Shown one piece after another: positions 16,510-20,000 of a stretch of 20,000 nt of DNA (the stretch's first letter is position 1; each line of letters opens with the position of its first letter). The notes under the pieces were generated by a model, which worked only from the letters and a program-made list of their open reading frames with translations, ran no database searches and was not told the origin of the DNA. The stretch is from an uncultured virus (IMG/VR IMGVR_UViG_3300021185_003723) (lineage: Duplodnaviria > Heunggongvirae > Uroviricota > Caudoviricetes). Where the stretch lies: IMG/VR virus record IMGVR_UViG_3300021185_003723; one strand, 5' to 3'. The position numbers and the translations under genes are program-made.

Positions 16510-17591
16510 TATAATTTCTTCCCGTCGTATCCTGGATCTTTCCAGCGTATATAACCCCATCCAGCCTGATCTTGTGAACCACCGGCACAACCGCCTGCAC
16601 AGCCTGATGGAACAGCATTACTTCGGCCTGCCTGCCTTATATTGATAGTGTTATTGCCAGCAATACCGATTCTTTTCCAAAGTTGGCACCACATAGAATT
16701 TGCATTATGTTCTTGCTGACACCCATGGCCAATGCCTAAATAATGTGATCCGTATTCAAATGGTGAAGCAGTATTTTGACCTGCCGACATTTGTAATACA
16801 CCGCATCTTCCATCAGAGCAGCACTGCCCTTTATACATATTATATCCTGGATGAGCACAACCTATACATTCCGCACAGTCATAACCAGCACAAATTGGAG
16901 ATTTTGTACATCCACATTTGCCATCAATACGGGCACAGCATGTTCCGCAATTGGCACCACTGCAAACAGCGGTATTCAACGCATCAGCTTGATTTGTTAT
17001 CGCGGCTCTGTTGCAGTCGTTGTTGTAACCCCACTGGCAAGACGTCCTGCCACCGCATTGAAACGATCCAGCACAAATGCAAATAAACCCGGTGTTCAGA
17101 TCTTCTGTGATGCCTGTGCCAGTACAATAATGGCACAACATAGAAAAACAACTCTCATGGCCGATACACGTAGAACAGCAACATCCGCCCATACCAATCC
17201 TAAACATAAGACGCTGCTGACCTTTTACACCGTTGACTTCTACATCTTCGCCAAGCGGTCCAGTTGGTGTTGAACCTGGAGGTACGCTTCCGCTCGAATT
17301 GACAGAATTACAAACACTGTACAATTGCATTACGCCAGGCAGGCCAGTTTGACCTTGCTGACAGCAACAATAGGCTGCACCGCCTTGGCCTCCACCAGTA
17401 ATTTTTACGCGGATGTCACACATGTTACGGTTTATACGCCACACAAAACAGTGGCCACTATAATTTTGATCTCGCCCATTGGCGTCAAAATCGCCTTGAG
17501 CCTTGTCTGGTAGTAAGAATGCTTCAAATCCGGTTGGAACTTGCTCAGGAGCTACGACGGCTGGCATAAACTGTGATAAATTTTTAGCCAT
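16509..17591 (-). CDS. Cys/Gly-rich putative virion protein (paralogue 2, divergent)
   Basis: 360 aa; MAKNL start, VKITGGGQGGAAYCCCQQG, very Cys-rich; has its own late promoter and AGGAG RBS. Confidence 0.7.
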   Translation of the reverse strand: MAKNLSQFMPAVVAPEQVPTGFEAFLLPDKAQGDFDANGRDQNYSGHCFVWRINRNMCDIRVKITGGGQGGAAYCCCQQGQTGLPGVMQLYSVCNSVNSSGSVPPGSTPTGPLGEDVEVNGVKGQQRLMFRIGMGGCCCSTCIGHESCFSMLCHYCTGTGITEDLNTGFICICAGSFQCGGRTSCQWGYNNDCNRAAITNQADALNTAVCSGANCGTCCARIDGKCGCTKSPICAGYDCAECIGCAHPGYNMYKGQCCSDGRCGVLQMSAGQNTASPFEYGSHYLGIGHGCQQEHNANSMWCQLWKRIGIAGNNTINIRQAGRSNAVPSGCAGGCAGGSQDQAGWGYIRWKDPGYDGKKL

Positions 17592-17615
17592 GAATAATTC
17601 TCCTATAACTTAGGT

Positions 17616-17623
17616 TATTTATA
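17616..17623 (-). promoter_or_regulatory. T4-type late promoter TATAAATA
   Basis: Exact tatttata on the plus strand, 25 nt upstream of ATG 17591. Confidence 0.88.
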
Positions 17624-17629
17624 CTCACA

Positions 17630-18637
17630 CTATTCCTCCTCATACCAAGCAGTGATTTTTACGCGACCCGGAGTGTTACCAGAACACGGGCTTGCACCGC
17701 CACATGTATGTCCGCCAGGCCAACCTTGACCAGCCGTGTAATATGAAGGTGAATGATTCGCAACACCATGGTAAAGAGCGTCAACGCATTTCCATTGTTC
17801 TGTGTAATCCTGACCCGGATTCAAATCTCCGCCATGTCCATATCTAACATTGCTGTAGATAAAGTGTCCGCCACATTTATCAATTTTCCCGCCAGCATAT
17901 GGGACATGTTGCATATATGAAAGTGGATTGTCAGCCGGTGCTCCTGGCTTTTTGGTGATATAACCAAGTTTGCCTTTAGAACCGCCATCTGCTCCATAAT
18001 ACGCTGCTTGTGGGCCAAGGCCACCTTGGTCATGACTGTCAAGTGTCCAAATTCTAGCATTGTCACTATCAAAACATGTAGCGTTAAAGTTACAGCAACG
18101 TATTGTTGTGCCTCTTCCAGGTTCGGCACAGAAGTTTGTTAAGCCGTTGCCTGTAATGTGAGTTGTGCAATTGAGCTCGCGATATTCAGTGTTTGGAGTC
18201 ACATTATCGCCTGAACCAGCGTTAGGCAGACAACACCACGTGTAACCAAGTCTAATTAGATAACAGTTGTTTGCCACGACATCCGAATTACATATTGTTT
18301 TATACGCATATGCACCGGCACCAGAAGGAACAGCTATACCGCAATTCCACGGCTGAGCGCCATATCCGCCCGCGCCCCAGATTTCAAACTTAACTCTGTT
18401 CGGTGCGCTATTGCGGTCACAGGAGCCTGCACCAGGACGCGCAACGCCTGGAACACAGTAGATATAGCAACTTCGGCAATAGCCGCAACTGTATTCGCCC
18501 TGCCCGTGGATGCCTTGCATGATGCCCTGTTCGCCTACGTTTTCCCATACGTGAACTTTTTTCTGTGTTTGGTCGATTGTACCAGTTACGCCACCGGGCT
18601 TGACGTTTTTTACTATACTTGCGAGATTTTTTGCCAT
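17630..18637 (-). CDS. Cys/Gly-rich putative virion protein (paralogue 3)
   Basis: 335 aa; KFEIWGAGGYGA, GAGAYAYK, TGNGLTNFCAE and YYGADGG shared with paralogues 1 and 4. Confidence 0.7.
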   Translation of the reverse strand: MAKNLASIVKNVKPGGVTGTIDQTQKKVHVWENVGEQGIMQGIHGQGEYSCGYCRSCYIYCVPGVARPGAGSCDRNSAPNRVKFEIWGAGGYGAQPWNCGIAVPSGAGAYAYKTICNSDVVANNCYLIRLGYTWCCLPNAGSGDNVTPNTEYRELNCTTHITGNGLTNFCAEPGRGTTIRCCNFNATCFDSDNARIWTLDSHDQGGLGPQAAYYGADGGSKGKLGYITKKPGAPADNPLSYMQHVPYAGGKIDKCGGHFIYSNVRYGHGGDLNPGQDYTEQWKCVDALYHGVANHSPSYYTAGQGWPGGHTCGGASPCSGNTPGRVKITAWYEEE

Positions 18638-18647
18638 TACATATTTC

Positions 18648-19709
18648 CTAACAATAACTTATCCAGATGGCAGAAGGCCCGCCGCGTTGACCACAACAAG
18701 TTGTACCGTCTACTGCAACAGACGATGTACCACCCATGCCTCGCATCATGTTGGCATGATTGGTCGTGCCGTTGCCACCAAATGTGCCATTAAGCGCGCA
18801 CTGCGCCCACGGGCCGCCATATCCGCCACAGCAGTGGCAACACATGCCGCCTGACATTTCCATTATGCCGCCTCTGGCCGTCCGACCAGGTCTATCCCAG
18901 TATCCGCCTGCCCATGGTACGCCAATTCGTCCACCGCACATTGATGCATCAGCACTGATGCCACAACAGCTAGTTCTCATATAACCGCGTGTTCCTCTCT
19001 CGCCGCCGTCCGCGCCGAAGTAACAAGCACAACGCATTATGTCCCCATCGCTGTCAAGGGATCTGATCTGAGGACCACCACTATAACAAGAACAAGTAGT
19101 ACCGGCTGGACCACCTGTAAAAAACTCACAAGTTGTCCAACAGTAACAGCAAGATCTACATTCTACATCATGACAGTTAGTTCCAGGACAAAATGCAACA
19201 ACTCCAGGATTACCGCCTTCGGCACAGAAGTTTGTTAGTCCGCTGCCTGATACCCAAGCCGTAGCACCTTTATGGCCGATCTGCTTTATCATACATCCTT
19301 GGCTAATTGTCGAAGGGCTCATACCGCTACAACAAGCACGGTGTGTACAACAAAAGTGCTCATAATTGCCAAGACAAAGCACGTATCTTTCGCCCGGTGT
19401 TACGTCAATTTCTTTATGTGCATATGCACCTGACCCTCCAGGTGCTCCCATTTGGCAACAACTTGCCCCGGCTCCATGGCCTCCGCCACCCCAAAGCTCA
19501 AACTTTGCTTTGCTCACGCCAGTTGGAATGACCCAAATCAACCGCGTAGGACTATCAGCATCTGAACCATAATAGCTTGTCCACTGGTCCCGCGCTAGAT
19601 CGTGCGGCGCTTGGAAAGTTAATAACTTACGATCTCTAAATCCTTCGGAATTTGTGACACCTTCTGTCGGAAAAACCGCGGGTAATATTTCAGTATATAC
19701 TTTTGCCAT
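18648..19709 (-). CDS. Cys/Gly-rich putative virion protein (paralogue 4)
   Basis: 353 aa; KFELWGGGGHGAGASCC, GGSGAYAHKEIDVTPG, GLTNFCAEGGNPG and CYFGADGG. Confidence 0.7.
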   Translation of the reverse strand: MAKVYTEILPAVFPTEGVTNSEGFRDRKLLTFQAPHDLARDQWTSYYGSDADSPTRLIWVIPTGVSKAKFELWGGGGHGAGASCCQMGAPGGSGAYAHKEIDVTPGERYVLCLGNYEHFCCTHRACCSGMSPSTISQGCMIKQIGHKGATAWVSGSGLTNFCAEGGNPGVVAFCPGTNCHDVECRSCCYCWTTCEFFTGGPAGTTCSCYSGGPQIRSLDSDGDIMRCACYFGADGGERGTRGYMRTSCCGISADASMCGGRIGVPWAGGYWDRPGRTARGGIMEMSGGMCCHCCGGYGGPWAQCALNGTFGGNGTTNHANMMRGMGGTSSVAVDGTTCCGQRGGPSAIWISYC

Positions 19710-19714
19710 TATTT

Positions 19715-20000
19715 TTACCCTGTAATTTCTTCAGTTAATGTGTAGTACATATGCAAACCTTTACCGCCATGCTCCATTGAACCACAATAGCAATTGTTGC
19801 CATTGGCGGAGGGAGGATAAGCTGCTCGGCCCCAGAGGCAAACGTTGCTGTACTGGTTCTGTGAGTTACCGCCTGTCTGTGCTCTGCCAAACCAAACACA
19901 TTCCATGCACTCTTGTACCCAGGCTCCAAAACAATTTTCTCCACCAGTCTGCATACCTATAAAGTGCTCTTTATTGCCGCCGCGCATAGCAGGAAATTCT
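19715..20000 (-). CDS. Cys/Gly-rich protein, C-terminal fragment (probable paralogue 5; starts beyond the window)
   Basis: Frame is open to the window edge (EFPAMRGG...). The ending NNCYCGSMEHGGKGLHMYY parallels the C..G..GG....I.Y endings of the other paralogues. Confidence 0.6.
   Translation of the reverse strand, partial: EFPAMRGGNKEHFIGMQTGGENCFGAWVQECMECVWFGRAQTGGNSQNQYSNVCLWGRAAYPPSANGNNCYCGSMEHGGKGLHMYYTLTEEITG

Larger units (their letters stand above)
15979..19237. repeat. Dispersed 20-bp repeat TTCGGCACAGAAGTTTGTTA in three paralogues
   Basis: Exact copies at 18122-18141 and 19218-19237; a one-mismatch copy at 15979-15998. Encodes (L)TNFCAE on the minus strand. Confidence 0.85.

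Noticed and set aside
16510..16590. 27-aa N-terminal extension of paralogue 1
   Set aside because: MAK at 16509 matches the other paralogues and forms a TAATG overlap with the upstream stop.
14635..19962. Many short alternative-frame ORFs over the chaperone-like and Cys/Gly-rich genes
   Set aside because: Overlap longer genes that show clear paralogy; consistent with shadow ORFs from Gly/Cys codon composition.
15430..20000. Multihaem cytochrome c or diversity-generating retroelement interpretation of the Cys-rich array
   Set aside because: I found no CxxCH motifs or signal peptides, no reverse transcriptase in the window, and no long repeat pair differing only at adenines.
1..20000. tRNA, rRNA, CRISPR array or IS element
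   Set aside because: Coding density is near complete with intergenic gaps of about 100 nt or less; no cloverleaf, spaced repeats or transposase motifs seen.

Overview
This window is part of a large T4-like (myovirus) phage genome, probably from a marine phage infecting Alphaproteobacteria (inferred from the Shemin-pathway hemA). The left 5 kb is the conserved T4 virion and packaging block on the minus strand: gp13, gp14, gp15, gp16, gp17 and the 5' part of gp18. The middle (5.1-14.6 kb) is an accessory island that interleaves three things. First, an ADP-heptose pathway (separate HldE adenylyltransferase and kinase genes, hldD, gmhB-like) plus a GT9 heptosyltransferase-like gene. Second, two CmcH/NodU carbamoyltransferases, one full length and one Kae1-like domain only. 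Third, a tetrapyrrole cassette: hemA, haem oxygenase and a PcyX-like ferredoxin-dependent bilin reductase. The right 5.3 kb holds a tail-assembly-chaperone-like gene and at least five tandem Cys/Gly-rich paralogues. Four exact TATAAATA late promoters, one sigma70/T4-early promoter and two hairpin terminators are visible. The most notable pattern is an Asp-Ser-Asp tripeptide that occurs 10 times, only in minus-strand (predicted late) proteins, including an insertion in the haem oxygenase. Together with the heptose, GT9 and carbamoyl genes, this suggests a phage-encoded O-heptosylation system for virion proteins. The Cys-rich paralogues carry CxxCxxCxxxC spacings, and the haem-degrading genes sit behind a late promoter, hinting at iron or bilin loading of the virion. 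Both ideas are hypotheses. All family calls come from motif recognition by eye; no searches were run.
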